64,000 bases of DNA from Octopus vulgaris (taxonomy: Eukaryota). The notes below the pieces were generated by a model that was not told the origin of the DNA, searched no databases, and saw only the letters and a program-made list of their open reading frames with translations. The DNA is taken from positions 34,100,001 through 34,164,000 of the forward strand of contig OX597833.1 of assembly GCA_951406725.2 (NCBI GenBank), in the 5' to 3' direction. Positions 36,727-51,201 of the stretch are shown here, piece by piece (within the stretch, counting starts at the first letter, position 1; every line of letters begins with the position of its first letter). A program made the translations under genes and the position numbers.

Positions 36727-37639
36727 TCAACAATATTTACATAACATGAAATCAAATTTTGAGTGCCTGAAAGAATGTTTTAGAGTGTGTGTATGTGTGT
36801 TTTATTGTCTTTCTTTTCTAACTATTCTACTCACCCATCAGATTTTTATCATTCCTAATGGGTGCTTATATTTGAAATGCATAATTGGAAATGCATATTG
36901 TTTTGTTTTTGGATTTTTTTTTAATTTATGAAGATGTGCAAAAATACTTTGCACACATACAGATGTCCTCTCTCTCGCACACATACATTCATGCACACAT
37001 TCACTCTTTCTTTTGCACACATTCTCTGTTACTCTTACATACAAACATCCAACCTTATCTCATCGCCTGTAATCAAGTAGTAAATTTACATTCTAATTTG
37101 TTTTCTACATACAAATTGCTAAACTACAGAACTCTTTCACTTCAACTTTTGATATTTCTAAAGTTGTACAGAAATATTTCATACACATACAAATAATCTA
37201 TCTTCTTTCTTATACAAAGTCTCTCACTCACACATAGACACATTTAATTGTCTGTCTTTCTCATAAAAATTAAGAGAAAAATTTGAAAAAATACTGAGAA
37301 AAGGAATCTATTAACAATATATTTTGCTAAAATTACAAACAATTTTCTTGTATACACCAATTCATTATTCTGAGATGCCTCACTGATAAACTCCATCCAT
37401 AGAATTTATATCACATACATAGATGTTGCTATGGTATATTCACACCTCTAGCCTGCCCCCTTTTTATATAAATCATTTCTAAGAGTCCAGTTTTTATACT
37501 TCAACAGTAAATGGGTGGGATTTATAGTCTCATGCACAAACATATATATACACATTTAAATGTTATTTTTAATACATTTTTAATAATTGCAGAATGATAT
37601 TGTAGTGTGTAGTAACAAGAATATAACAATGAACTGATC

Positions 37640-37872
37640 ATAGTATGAAGATATGACAGTGATATGCAGAGGTAACAGTGACTCATCATTATCTAAGGAT
37701 ATAAGTGATGTGAAGATGATATATATTGCTATGAAGATGTATCAGTGATGTGAGGAAGATATATTGCTATGAAGATATAACATTGATGTGAGAAAGATAT
37801 ATAGATCTAAGACTATAACTGTGATGTGAAGATATAATAGTGTTGAAGTGATAATATATAATGCCATGAAGA
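37640..37872. repeat. Degenerate minisatellite (unit about 18-22 bp, tgaagatat...tgatg/tgcta)
   Basis: Recurring atgaagatat, gtgatgtgaagat and atattgctatgaagat. Confidence 0.65.
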
Positions 37873-40672
37873 TTAGCTGCCTTGTTATGAACAATGAAAA
37901 TGGTTCGTAATGATGTGGCTAAAACATGAATGCAGTAATGATACCATTTTGATAAGTGGGTATATAATGCCTACTTGTGATATAGTGACAATATGAAAGT
38001 ATAACAATTTTTGTTGTGGCTGAGTCAAAGGAGGAAGAGCAGTGCTTATGACTAGTTGCAGGGCATCCCAGACTGAAAAGGAAGATAAAGAGAGGTGGAG
38101 TGGGGGTCCTTGTAACTGATGAATTATCAAACCAGAGCCCAGTGTAAATATTTGTAGCAGAAAGGACTCTGATAAAAGCTCCCCAGGTACTAGTTTTAAA
38201 CTGAACAGCAAATTAAGTTTACCACCAAAGAACAGATATGGCCCTTCTAACAGGCTTCTATAAAAGTTTCTATCTACCCAATTTCACTGACTACACTTGG
38301 GTTGATGCAAGGCTATTAGAAAATTCTACAACCATGCATTACTGTTGTATGTGTTTATCATATATAAAGTTGTTAAAGCATTTTGATAATGCACACGAAA
38401 GATATTATTATGATTGTCTATAGATCAGTATTTTTCATGGTGGGTGAGATGGGTTTATGAGGATTGAAGGATAGAGTTTGGGGGAGGCAGTCAAATTGCC
38501 TCAGCTACTAAAATTAAGTGATTTTAAACTTGTCCAATGCATAGCAACAAAGAAATATGGGGAAAATGAAAATGAAAAGAAATAGAAGCTAAAATAATGA
38601 CAATGTGAATGTGTTGCTGAGACAAACATGATGGGAGGGAATAAACAATGTTCATGTCTCTGTTTGGTGATATTTAATGGGGTGAAGGAGCCAACCTGCT
38701 GGTTGGCTGGATTACTAACAACTCAGATATACTAAGCTCCTGCCCTCAAAAAAATATCCCACATATGTGAATTGTTTCCATTCAGTAGTACCCCTTTATA
38801 GTCAGACAGACTGAACCGTTTGCGTTTCCCAATCCAACCATAGACACAATATGTCAGAGTACAATTATATATATAATATTATTTTGAGGAATGTGAATTT
38901 GAAATATTTTCTTACTCTTCTTTTCTAAGAGTAATTCCTATTTCTATGTGCCTCTCTTTACCAATCACAGGTAAAACAGAACCACACCATTTTGTGCCTC
39001 AAACACACACAAAGCGTGTTTCTCTTGAGTCAGTTTTCATATTTCTTTTTATGCACTATTAATTATAACTCTAATCTCTCCCTTTCCATTACTAGTACAA
39101 GTCAACATATGGTTGGGATTATTCCAATTTTCAGACTATAGACTATTTTGGGGATATCTTTCATCTTCAACCACAGATGGAATTTGCTCGTGGGAGCATT
39201 TGAAACAAGTCATAAAGACACTGCACAGTGCTCTATGTAATGTGCTTATTTATAACTAACTGGATTCATCCTCAGTTTTGGCAATGGTGATGGAGTGAAC
39301 CTGTGATCAGCAAGCCAATGTACTTATAACTTACCACACTCAACCAAACCACCATTTCTTATTGTTATTCTTTGTACAATACTCCATACAAAGTACATTG
39401 TAATATACACAACAGTGATGTGATGACAGTCTTTTATAGTAGCTGCGATAACAGTTGTGGCCTTAAAGTTCAGTTGTCATGAGTAATGAAGAATCTAATT
39501 AAACAAAATAAGCGCACGCTTAGGGCACCAAGGGAAAGGGGGCATCATTAACATTTTTACATTTACTGTATTACTATAGTGTTGATAGTAAATTATAACA
39601 GCTTAATTTTTGTAGTTTTTTATGATGATGATGGAAAATATGTTGAAGATTTGCACTTTTTCCTGTTACTCTAGTTGCAACATAAATAATTTGTTTATAT
39701 TTCTATTTAAAGTTAAATAAAATGAGAAAACTGGTTGGGCTGTATTTAGGGCGTTAGCTGAACTTCATCTTGTCCTGACTCTTGCCTTTTGTCTGAGTGT
39801 GAAAAAAAGAGAAAATATTGTCACTTTTACTCCATGCTAGTAAATTATAAAGAGATTGAAGTGGGTGAGAACTGTTGTGTCCGTGTCAAAACTCTGAAAT
39901 ACAATGATGTGGATGAAGAGTGAGAAGCCAGAACTTATGTGGCAAGATATAGAAGGAATTAGTGCTTCAATCCAGGTAGAAAGATGTCATGGTATTCAAT
40001 TCAAGATCAAGGGCGTGGGTGGTAGTGCAAGAGGTAAAGGAAATGAGTGACAAAGAACACGCACACAGAATGATATTAAAAAATATTAAAGGGAGATGTA
40101 GTAGTAGTTTTGAATGCAGATCACTTGAGATACCCATCCAATACCTTATACTCACTGCCTTTTCACTTTGTAGTCTCTGTCAATTTTGGAAGGAGTTGGC
40201 TTTTTTTTCCAAAATTCTGTAAGGACAAGGTGTCTGAATGGATAAGCTTCTAGACTTTCTACTCGTAAATTAAAAGTTGAAATAATCAACTGGACACTGT
40301 AACATTGTATTTGGCAATGTTTCAGTTCCCCTACATGTTAGGGGGTTATGTTATATGTTAAGAGATCATCTGAGAATATTACTTGGAAAAAACATGCGTA
40401 CTATCGCCATAGAGAGGTTTAGCTCTTATATGCCATTACACCATGAAACCCAAACTTTACTGGGTCTTAACATGTCTCATTCTCTGAGCCTAGGGTGCAT
40501 ATATATTTATTGCATTTTCAAAATTTCCCTTTTGTTTTGAATAAGATACACTCACTTGTACATATGTATACATATATCTGTTCATTCATACATTAACACT
40601 TCCATTGAAGTCTCTGTATTAGGAGAGGTTGTCAACAACAGTTACCCTTAGTTTTAATATTCAAAATGATAT

Positions 40673-40885
40673 AAGGCAGTGAGTGGATAGAATTGTTAGC
40701 ATGCCAGACAAAATGCTTAGTAGCATTACGTCCATCTGCATGTTCTGAGTTCAAATTCTGCTGAGATCAACTTTACCTTTCATCCTTTTAGGGTCAATAA
40801 AATAAGTACCAGATGTGGGGGATGTGATTGGCTTACCCCCTTCCCAGAAATTGCTGGCCTTGTGCCAAAATTTGAAATCAATATT
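40673..40885 (+). mobile_element. SINE family B
   Basis: aaggcagtgagtgg...gagttcaaattc...ttgtgccaaaatttgaaa. Confidence 0.82.
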
Positions 40886-43800
40886 GAAAGTGATTCTTAA
40901 CTCCAAAAACAAGAGAAAAACTAATACCAGTATATTCTTTCTCTCCTCTTCACACACACATACATTCATCCACATCCAGTTTGCATTTAGAGCTGGTTCA
41001 ATATAACCTCTTCAGTTGGTTCTGTATATTTTCCACTAATTCTGTAAAAAAAATTTTTTATGTTGTAACTATAGGACATGAAATGCTGTCTTATTCAAAA
41101 CACACATAGAAAAAGAGAGGGTTGATTTGAGTTGGTACTGAAAATAGAGAGTCTTTCTGAGATCAAATTGTGCTGGGGTCAACTTGTCTTTCCAACCTCT
41201 CCTATTGAGTATGAGAGTAACACAAGAATTAGTTATCAGATGTCAAAGATGTTGACTCTATTACTGGCCTTCTATATTTCTGAATATTTTATATCAGTAT
41301 ACCAAAATAAACAACAAAAACAACTATAGAAGGAAAAATAACATAATATGATTAATTTTATATATATATATCATAAATTGTTTTGAAATAAGATTTACCA
41401 TAGCATATATCTCAGACATTTCTTAATTTCTATTGACAGAAAATTGTTATGCATATATGTGTGTGTGTGTGTGTGTGTGTGTATATACTCTTCCTGTATA
41501 TATTGGATTATACATGAATTTAAATTTATATATATATAGGTGCATATATATTTTTCTGCTATTGTGAGTGTGTGGGTGAAAGACAGCCTTTATAACTAAC
41601 AGTATTACTAGTGCCAAAGGAAGAATATAGTTGTCAGTACATTAACACCTGCATACTTGTAGCTGCAAAAAGGGTGTTAGTGGTGATTGTAATATATTTT
41701 TACACATTTTTTTTTATATTTTATTACTATTGTTGTTATTATAGTTTTGTCAATAAATTGATGAAAGTTTGCTAGTAAAAAATTAACATATGCACACATG
41801 TACTCTTTTATTGCAAGAACTAAAACTAGATCTATTGTATACCTCACACAAACAAATATCTTGGGAAATGAATGAATGAAAATGCATGAATGTCACATCT
41901 TCCAAATTTCAGCTCTGGTATCTCTTTTATGTATAAAATATATTTATTTCTCTTGTTATTCATTATATTGAGAATCCTCTTTGGGTATATATGAACATCA
42001 CAACTTCAAATATTTTAAACTTTTCCATAAAAATTATAACTTGAAGCCTCGTGGCCTTTCAATTTTTAAAATTATTGATTAAAACTAATAAGTACTAGTA
42101 ATAGATGCCCCTCCCCCCTCTATTATACTCCTGTCTTTGTTCCATGTGAAAAAACAAAATAAGTAATTATTACTTTTATTTATTATTATTATTATTGATA
42201 AAATTAATAAATACAGTTTTAGATTTGATAAAGTTTATTTCCTCTATGAAAAAGTTTTTTTTTTTAAACATTTGCAGTTCCAGACAGAATAAATGCATTT
42301 TTATATTTGATTGCATTTTTTTTTAGTTATTTCAAGCTGAAAGAGAGCTTAAGTTTTAAACCTTAATGCTTCATACCTTGTTTTTCCTTTTCCTCTGACT
42401 TGAATTTTGAAAAGTTGTCAGTCTCATAGAACTTCTTATGTACATACAGTGTTGGAGTTACATGATATAGCAACAGCAGTTACAAAGTATTTATTACTTT
42501 CTTAGTCAATGGCCATAATCCTGGGCTGGTCTATTGGCATTGAGTTTTGCTTTTTACACTAGTTTTAGTCTTTTAGATATACATAACTGCTGCAAATGCA
42601 GATGGCTGAGTAGCAACCAGCTGCGAGGTCAACAGTTTCTATCTTGTCATCAGCCTTGCATTATGTCTTTGACTAAGCTATTTTTCTCTCAAATGTTCCA
42701 GTCTGTAAATAGATGACACAAACTAAGAATAGTTTGTTACTCCAAGCAGCATCAATACAGTAAACTAACATGATTTATTCTCACAAGAGTTGTAAGAACA
42801 CTTACAGTATTTTGTTGTTCCTCCGGTGATTATAATTTAAGGAGGGAAGATGGGCCTCATGAGGCCCCACTTAAGATAGACTTCATATAACACTTCAACA
42901 ACACAGCCACAGCTGGTCCAAATATTCCACATATTTTGCATCCAAACCAGCTAGATCTGGCCTCCCACACCTACTCTACAATGTCATTCAAAACAAAATA
43001 AACCATCACATCATTGAAATCTCTGAGCTATAGGACAATACATGATTAATTCAAAACGATGTGTGTAAATAAGCATTATATTTGACAGAGTAGTCTGAAT
43101 GCCAAAGGGTTAAGTGCCATATCACACAAACCCTCATTCTATTACCTTCACATCTTTTCTACTGCCTTATTTAATTCTAGAATTCTAATATCTTTTAAAT
43201 CATTCCCTGCGGACAAAATGTGTTTTTATCTGCTGGTTAGAGTACTTCTTTTCCATGGCTGTTCACTATTTACTTTTTCCTCATTAACACACATGCATCC
43301 CTATGTTCGGTCTATTAGAGAAAGCTAACCTGTCTTCCTTCCTCATTAAAAGTGGTTGGTCTCAATAAGGTTAATGATAAGTGTTTCAATAATGATGAAA
43401 AATTATTGGCAGAAGATACAATAAAAAGTTTCTGTCTAAAGCAATTTACCCCATTTAACTGTTACTACATATCAAATATGTTAGCCACTTACATATGGAT
43501 GGATTGATTATCCTCAGCACACGTTTTTTGTTTTCCATTTTTTCTTGCAAAGATTTTCTGCTGGGAAGGAGAGATATCTTTACATTTTCTAAAAAGAAGT
43601 TCTTAAAACATGCCATGGATAAGATAAACCCTGCCACCAGCCACTCACTCCCCAAAAGAAACTGACCATTTTTCTCAACCATTGAGTTTGGTGTTTATAC
43701 AGGTGCTTAGATGAAAGTAAAAATATAATTTATTTAAATCTTATCTGCTCAGAATGCATCTTCATTGATGACATAAGCTACCTGCAATTACTGCTTGATC

Positions 43801-46377
43801 TTTTCATTTTAAATGCTGAATCTCATGAACTTGAGTTTATATCATATCTTTGCCATACTTTATGCCATACAAATCAACAAGCTCTGGGTTTCCTTTTTTC
43901 CAATTCAGTTTTAATTATCTACAGAATATTTTCTTCATTTTTGTTATGTCTAGAGTGGCAGAATTATAAGAGTAGATAAGGCATTGCAGTATTTTCTTCT
44001 ATCAAATATCACCATGATTAACTTCACTTTTCATACTCATGCTTTGATAAAATAAAATACAAATCAAATACTGGAATCAATTAAATTGACTATTCTCCTC
44101 TTCCAAAATCTTAAGCATTATATCTATGCTAAAAATTACTACTACTACTATTATTATTATTATTATTACTATAGGCAGAGTCATTAGCATAAAGTGAGTT
44201 GATCAACATATAAAGCCTCACACAAATAAATACATTGCAGTATTAAGTTGTGCTCACCTAGATTCTGACTTCATCTCTCACTGAGATTAAGTTTTCCTGT
44301 TATTTCATAGTCAATAAAATATCAGTAAATACTGGAGCGAGTTCAGTTATGGCTCCACCATTGGAAATATTAGTCTTGTTTGTTAATATTAAAAATGGCT
44401 ACACAGCAAGCCTCCTATGATCAAAGGTATTCTAGCCATGACCATCCCATTTTTTTCTTTCAAAACCTCTGTGCATATAAGACCACAATATCCAATGCAT
44501 CTTTTATTTATTTATTTTTTTTATTATTAAGATGACATGGTGTAATTTGAGGGAGATTGGGGTACTATTTATAGAAGGTCAAGTGGTTCTTTCATTGACT
44601 TGGAAATATGTTTGTATAAGAAAAGTGTTGTAACATGGATTGTAGCCATGTTGCAACTGAAACAAATAAAAGGGTGCCAAAGTCCTACCCCTTTCTGTGT
44701 TTCAAATAAGGCAAGCAAACGGCATACATTACAAAGCCTGTTAATTTACAGATTGGATTGGTTAATATCCGTTATGCATTGTCTTTCTGCCCTAGAAAGA
44801 TATATTTTTTGTTGTATTTTCAGCATGTTAGGAAGAAGATATAAGCAGATCCTAATAAATTCTGAAATAACAATGAAGCCTGTTGATTTGTTCCTCATCT
44901 CATATTACCAGAAAAGCCTCTCGTGAGACCTAATTTTGTAGTGTCACAAAATACATAGATATGGCTCTCTCTCTATATATATTTTTTAAATGAAAAGTCA
45001 ACTCTTTCTTGTATAAAATGAATTTGAAGTGAAACCACTTTGTTATCACCATTCCTTTCTTTATTCTCTCTTTCTCCCTTGCTTTCTGTGTCAGCTGTTG
45101 TCTTTTAGACCCTGATGGGTTTTTTTTTTTTATAAAAATAAGAGACATCTATCTGAAATGCCATGTTGATATGATAATTGTCATAACACAATCGTTTATT
45201 GATTTTTTTTTAAAGAAAAAAGATATTTTAAAACTATTTAAAAATCTAAGCATATGAAATACAATTTTTAACTACCCTATTTTGATATTATTAATGATGT
45301 TATCATCAGTTATTATAATTCTATCAGTAGTTTTTATTAATATTTTCTATTTTCACTGAATTTTTGCCTCAGGTAAATCTAAGCGTATATTATTTATCAT
45401 TTCTTATTTAATAATAATCCACTGTGTAAGGTGTGTATTTGGCTCATATGTGTAAATCCTGAGGGTTTTTTTTTTAAATCCTTTCCAACACAGTTATTAT
45501 CTTGTCTGTTTTCAATATCAATATTCTGGGTTTAAAGTTACTGTATCAAGATAATTTCTTCAGCTCTTTTGTTGTAATTGAAATATTGATAGGGAAAACA
45601 CACTCATATTTAACATGTGCATATTTTAAATTTTATTTCACTAATCATAGTCACAGTTTTCAGTGACATGATGAATGCCTCTGTACTAATTCTATAAAAC
45701 TAACAGATTTTCCAGTACACTAAATCATTTCCCTCTGTTATGTCTGTAAATATATGCCACCAGAAACAGTGTTATTGATCATCTCTTCACATTTAATGCA
45801 AATTTACATAGATTTACAAAAATTCTCCTCATTTCCATTTTTCATTAGTGTAGTGTTTTTTTATTTTAAATATATACTTTCCTATTCTAAACTACTACTT
45901 TTCGTGTGAAATATTTAATGAGATTATTATTGGAACAACCAAAGTAATGCTGCTTATTGTTGGTGTAATTCTATTTGATTGTGAGTGTGTGTGTATATAT
46001 ATACATATATATATATGAATGTGTGTGTAATCATTGTCATCTTCATGAGGTTCACCTTAGACACACACACACACACACACATATTCTAGCTCATCCTTTC
46101 CTAATAGTTCATAAATCTAATCCCAGTCTAATTTTTCTTATTACTATTTTTATTACCTTACATATTATATGATATTGTACGTTTACCTTTCTTCTGCGTG
46201 ACCTTGGAATTTTTTTTACATAATTACTATTATTATTATTATTATGGCAGTAAATAACAGAATCTGTTAATTTGGGTTTTCCTCTGACTCTGCTCTTCCT
46301 CCCAAAGGTGTGACCTTATTAGAAATTATGTTGTTGTTGTTCTTCTTCTTCTTATTATTATTATTATTAAAGAAGAA

Positions 46378-46572
46378 GACAGTGAGCTGGCAGAATCATT
46401 AGCATGCTGGACAAAATGCTTAGCAGCATTTTGTCCATTTATTTTCTGAGTTTAAATTCTGCTGAGGCCATCTTTGCCTTTCATCCTTTCAGGGTTGATA
46501 AAATAAGTACAAGTTGAGCACTTACCCATTTCCCTGAAATTGCTAGCCTTACACCAAAATTTGAAACCATTG
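46378..46572 (+). mobile_element. SINE family B
   Basis: gagctggcagaatcattagc...cctttcatcc...aaaatttgaaacc; follows a (TTA)n tract. Confidence 0.8.
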
Positions 46573-46905
46573 TTTGTTTTCAGTCATATTTGTTTGTCCA
46601 TGGACAGAATAACTCAAGAAATGCTGGATGGATTTGGATGAAACTTTCAGGGATGTTTAGCCTCATGACTGGCATGAACTGATTAGATTTTGGGATCAAT
46701 CTGGTACCAGATAAGGATTCTGGATTATTTTTCCCATATTTATACTTAATTTTTGAGAGCAGTTGGATTCATTTATAGTATTCTCACTTGTGAGAGCATT
46801 CGAATTTATTTCAGATATTCACATTTTAAAAATCATCTCTGGCTAGTCGTTGAGAGGATGTTGGTGTTGTCTTGGCAGAGATTTGTGCTATCTGAGTGCT
46901 TTTGT
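46573..46905 (+). mobile_element. Helentron-associated (HINE-like) non-autonomous element
   Basis: gtttgtttgtcc...ataactcaag...ggatttggatgaaacttt...gattagattttgg...cttggcagagatttgtgctatctgagtgct, the layout typical of these elements. Confidence 0.55.
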
Positions 46906-46974
46906 TATTATCATTGGGCTTAGTGCTGACTCAATCCTACATATTTAATTTAATTCTAATTTGGGCCTTTTGTT

Positions 46975-47258
46975 TTCATTTAGTCAAATGAATTGACCCT
47001 TGTACTTTTCTTTTTTTAAAGTCTGGTACTTATTCTAGCTATCTTTTGCCAAACTGCGAAGTTATGAGAATGCAATCACATCAACACCAGTTGTCAAGTG
47101 GTAGTGGGACACACACACACACATTTAAGATGGGCTTCCAGTTTCTGTATACAAGATCCACTGACAAGACATTTCCCCAAGGTCCTGCACAGTGGAACTG
47201 AACCCAAAACCATGTGGTTGGGAAGCAAGCTTCTTACCACACAGCCACGTCTGCACCT
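46975..47258 (-). mobile_element. SINE family A
   Basis: Ends cttaccacacagccac...gcacct, the reverse complement of the head. Confidence 0.78.
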
Positions 47259-47876
47259 ACTGTATTAAACATTTTATAGCAGACTTAACTTTTGAAATTA
47301 CAGAGGCTAAGCCTATCTTATTGAGACTACTGGGTAGAAGTAAAAATATCAGGCTCCCATGTGCTTAGGCACATGATAGGTTGAGGTAGTTGATATCACT
47401 CCTCACGCACACACTGTCTTTCATCCAACAGAGTAAAAGCTATCTGTCTGCTGGTGGGGCTGACTGCGGCTAATGTTTTTCATACCAACCCAACCGAGTC
47501 CACCACCTCTTGGTATGTGATACAAAATTTCATATTAATTTATACTCATATAATGAAGTTATTTGATATATATTCTTCATTATTTTAAAGATTAACAGAA
47601 AAAAAGACTATTTCAGCAGAAATACAAAAGTTAAAGGAAAACTTGATGGGGGGAATTAACACACATTTCAATGTTTTTACCAAAAATATAGAGAAAGTGA
47701 ACCCAAAGACATTGATAGTGATGCAAGTCTTAATAATCATGGTAATAATAACATGTTCTGTGTTGCAGCTGCTGAATTTTCTTTTCTTAACTGCCCTATC
47801 CTCCGTCAAATCATTGAGGTTTTGATTTAGCTATGATTAGCACTCACTATTCTCTTCAAGTTAACACATTAAAATA

Positions 47877-48025
<149 letters not shown>

Positions 48026-48051
48026 TTTAAATACATATATATATATATATA

Positions 48052-48507
48052 TCAGGTCATCTCATAAGTTCTGTCCAAATTTTGAATAAAGAAAACAAGT
48101 GATCAAATGTTATATTTAATTGAAATTTAATCATCAATGTATTTTCCCTGATGATCTATATCTTCCTTCCATCTATTTACAAGCTTTTTAATCCCATCAA
48201 TGTAAAACTCTTTTGATTTCAAAATCAAAGAACTCTGAAATGTCAGTTTCGACCTCCTCCTGGCTTGCAAAAGTTAGGTCCCCCAAATGATTCTGTAAAC
48301 TATAAAACAAATGCTAGTGTGAAGGAGCAAGGTCAGGAGAATAAGGTGGATGAGGAATTTTTTCCTAACCAAGCTCTTCAATCTTCTATGATGTGATCTT
48401 TGCAGTGTGGGGTCATGCATTGTCCTGGTGAAACATCACTCCCTTTCGATTCACTAGAGTGGATCTTTTTTTTCTTCAAAGCTTGGTTCAGACTCTCTAA
48501 TTGCTGA
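48052..48507 (-). mobile_element. Mariner (DD34D) transposon, 3' part
   Basis: Minus strand HQDNA.PHT...IPHPPYSPDLAPS...LQNHLG; terminus ta|tcaggtcatctcataagttc beside (TA)n. Confidence 0.8.
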
Positions 48508-49230
48508 CAGGGTGCGATGGGTAAATTGTCACCGTTTTATATTTTTTATTTTGCACATGCGCATTGTTTGTTTTTGATTTTGTCGACTACTTAGTATAGT
48601 TGGATCAGTTGGGCACCACCTGTGAGAAAAACAGCACCATGAACAATTCACTCTGCCAGAAATTTGGAAAACGACATGCTGTACGTGCCAGAAGCTCCAA
48701 TACAAACAGATGTAAATGCAGCAAATAACCATTGGTTTGCCACGTCCTCAAAACATGTACCAAGAGTGATACAAATCAAACATCCAGTCAACATCATGGT
48801 GTTTGGAGTGATGGCAACGTTATGCCTCCATTCATCTTCCCACACGGCCTCAGACTTAACATGGAGGCCAACATCAAGTGCCTGGAGGAGGTAATGCTGC
48901 CCTGGGACAAGAGGGTGGCTGCTGGAAGACCCTATGTCTGGCAACAGGATTCTGCACCATGCCACACAAGAAAAAGAACCTAGTCATGGCTGTCAGACAT
49001 TTTCTGTGACCACATCACCCCTATCTTGATTATTATGTGTGGGACGCAGTTGAGTAAGAGACCAACAAAACTTCTTGTAACATCAAAGATGAACTGAAAG
49101 CAAAGATTATGGTAGTATCAACCAACTTAAACAACAAAACCATCCAGAAGAGTTGCAAGAGATTCCAAAGTCGTCTGAAGCCAATGGCAATTTTATTGAA
49201 TAAATTTACTCTTTAGTATTTCAAGATATA
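48508..49230 (+). mobile_element. Internally deleted Tc1/mariner element of DD37D (maT)-like type
   Basis: Starts cagggtg; HPVNIMVFGV..SDGNVMPPFIFPHGLRLN...AGRPYVWQQDSAPCHT; DYYVW remnant. Confidence 0.75.
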
Positions 49231-49867
49231 ATGTAATTTCTTGGTTCGGCCATTGTCCGTGCAACATCTATATTCTTTCCTGTGCCTGTGAAATCTTGTA
49301 TCCCTGCCATAAGGCTTTACTTCCACACACGCCAGCTTAATATAATTCGTCCTTAGTCGAAAGACACCTGTTGTTATGTCCTGTTATTTGTATACATTTG
49401 CTGCTTTCTTCCAATGAATCGAATGCTCTTAGCTTAGTTTTCCTTGGGGCTGGCCAGATTGGAGCAATCTTGATTATAACCAGCCGAAATTGCAAAGATA
49501 ATCTGGAACTCGACTGAGGAAAGAAAACTCCGAATGACCCATCCTTGTTTTCTTTGTATCATCTATCTACATATTTTGTTGTCCCTTTCTTATATCACCT
49601 ATCTGTCTGGATGTTTTGCGTTTTTGTCTCATTTTGTATTTTTTATATATATATATATATATATGCATACACACACACATAAATATATATATATATATAT
49701 ATACATATAGGAGAGAAATGTGTCTGCATGGATGATGGTTCTCTTGCACTAAACAAGGCTGCAAAGAGAGAGGTTTGGAGACGCCACTATGAAAGGTTGC
49801 TCATTAACGAAAATGAATGGGAGAAAGAGAGTGCTGAATGTCGACCCAACAGAGGGACCAGCTATCT

Positions 49868-50190
49868 GAGTTGACAGTACAAGTAGTTGATAGTTTCCAT
49901 TACCTAGGTGACCAAGTCAATAGCAGGGAAGAGTGTGCTGAAAGTGTAGCAGCTAGAATAAGAATAGCCTGGGCAAAGTTCAGAGAGCTCCTACCCCTGC
50001 TGGTGACAAAAGGCCTCTCACTCAGAGTAAAAGGTAGACTCTATGATGCATGTGTGCAAACTGGTGAGGACATGCGTAAGCTTTGCAAGGAATGAAGTCA
50101 GTATGCTCCACTAGATGAGTAATGTCAGTGTGCATACACAACAGAGTGTAAGTGCCCTGAGAGAAAAGTTGAATTTGAAAGAGATCAAAA
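49868..50190 (+). mobile_element. RTE-clade LINE fragment
   Basis: VVDSFHYLGD...ARIRIAWAKFRELLPLL...VKGRLYDACV. Confidence 0.82.
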
Positions 50191-51201
50191 GAGGTGGAAA
50201 TCAGTTGGTGCCAAATCAGGAGAGTACAGTGGGTGTGGCAGCACTTCCCAGCCATATGTTTGAATGGCTTCCTTGATCATATTGGTGATATGAGGGCGGG
50301 TGTTGTCATGCAGCAGAAGAACTCAATGCTGCCGATTAAGTCTTTTCTCTTGGTTAGCCGTGTTGAGTTGTTCAGTCTGCTGAACATAGAGTTCCACGTT
50401 GACTGTTTGGTTCCGTTCAAGCAATTTGTAATGGATAATCCTTTCCCACTCCCACCATACGCATAACATTATTTTACACGGATGAAGATCTTGTTTCATG
50501 CACAGTGTTGCTTGTTTACCAGGACTAAGCCATCATATTGATGTACAGGCACCATTTTTTGTCGCCTGTAACGATTTGGTAAAGAAATTGTTGCTTGTGT
50601 CCATGAGTTGAGCAGTGACAAGCAAGCAAACCAGCAGAGATTGTGGCTCATTGATTTTTGTTGTTGTCACTTAAAGCATGTGGAACCCATGCTCCATACT
50701 TCTGAATCTTTTCCATTGAGTGAAGTTGCTTCTCCATAGCAGTGTGGGAGCATTCCATTTTCTTTGCCAGTTCCCTTGTCGTTTGACAAGAATTTTCATG
50801 CAAAAGTTGGTTTAATCGCTCTTCATTTAACTCAGCTGGATGGGCAGAACGTGGTGCATCTTTGATGTCAAAATTTCCATTCTTAAACTTGGCATACCAA
50901 TCATGAGCAGTTCTTTCACCTATGGCACCCTCTCCATGCACAGCACAAATCCCACAAGCAGCTTTTGTGGCCTTAGAACCTTGATTAAAAGTAAAAAGAA
51001 GGTGTCAAAAATGCTCGTTTTTCTTAACTTGACATTCCATTTTAATGATCTAAAAATTAACTAGAAAAAAAAAACAAAAACAAAATAGATTCCAAAATGA
51101 TTCAAAAATAGAATTCTCGAAAAAGTAGATTCCAAAATTTAAAAACGCAATAAATTCGAAAATTAAAAAAAACAGTGGGAACTTAGATGCCAACCCAATA
51201 T
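50191..51201 (-). mobile_element. Mariner transposon, 5' two-thirds, decayed
   Basis: GEGAIGERTAHDWYAKFKNGNFDIKDAPRS...TTRELA...GAWVPHAL. The minus strand also has LLHDNTRPH and PHP..SPDLAP. TIR ta|ttgggttggcatctaagttccc. Confidence 0.85.

Noticed and set aside
42852-42867. Perfect 16-bp palindrome GGGCCTCATGAGGCCC
   Set aside because: Roughly one 8-bp-arm palindrome is expected by chance in 64 kb, and there is no supporting context.
36727-47800. Short ORFs of 60-108 aa downstream of BBX
   Set aside because: AT-rich, microsatellite- or repeat-derived translations without splice-consistent exon chains or recognisable domains.
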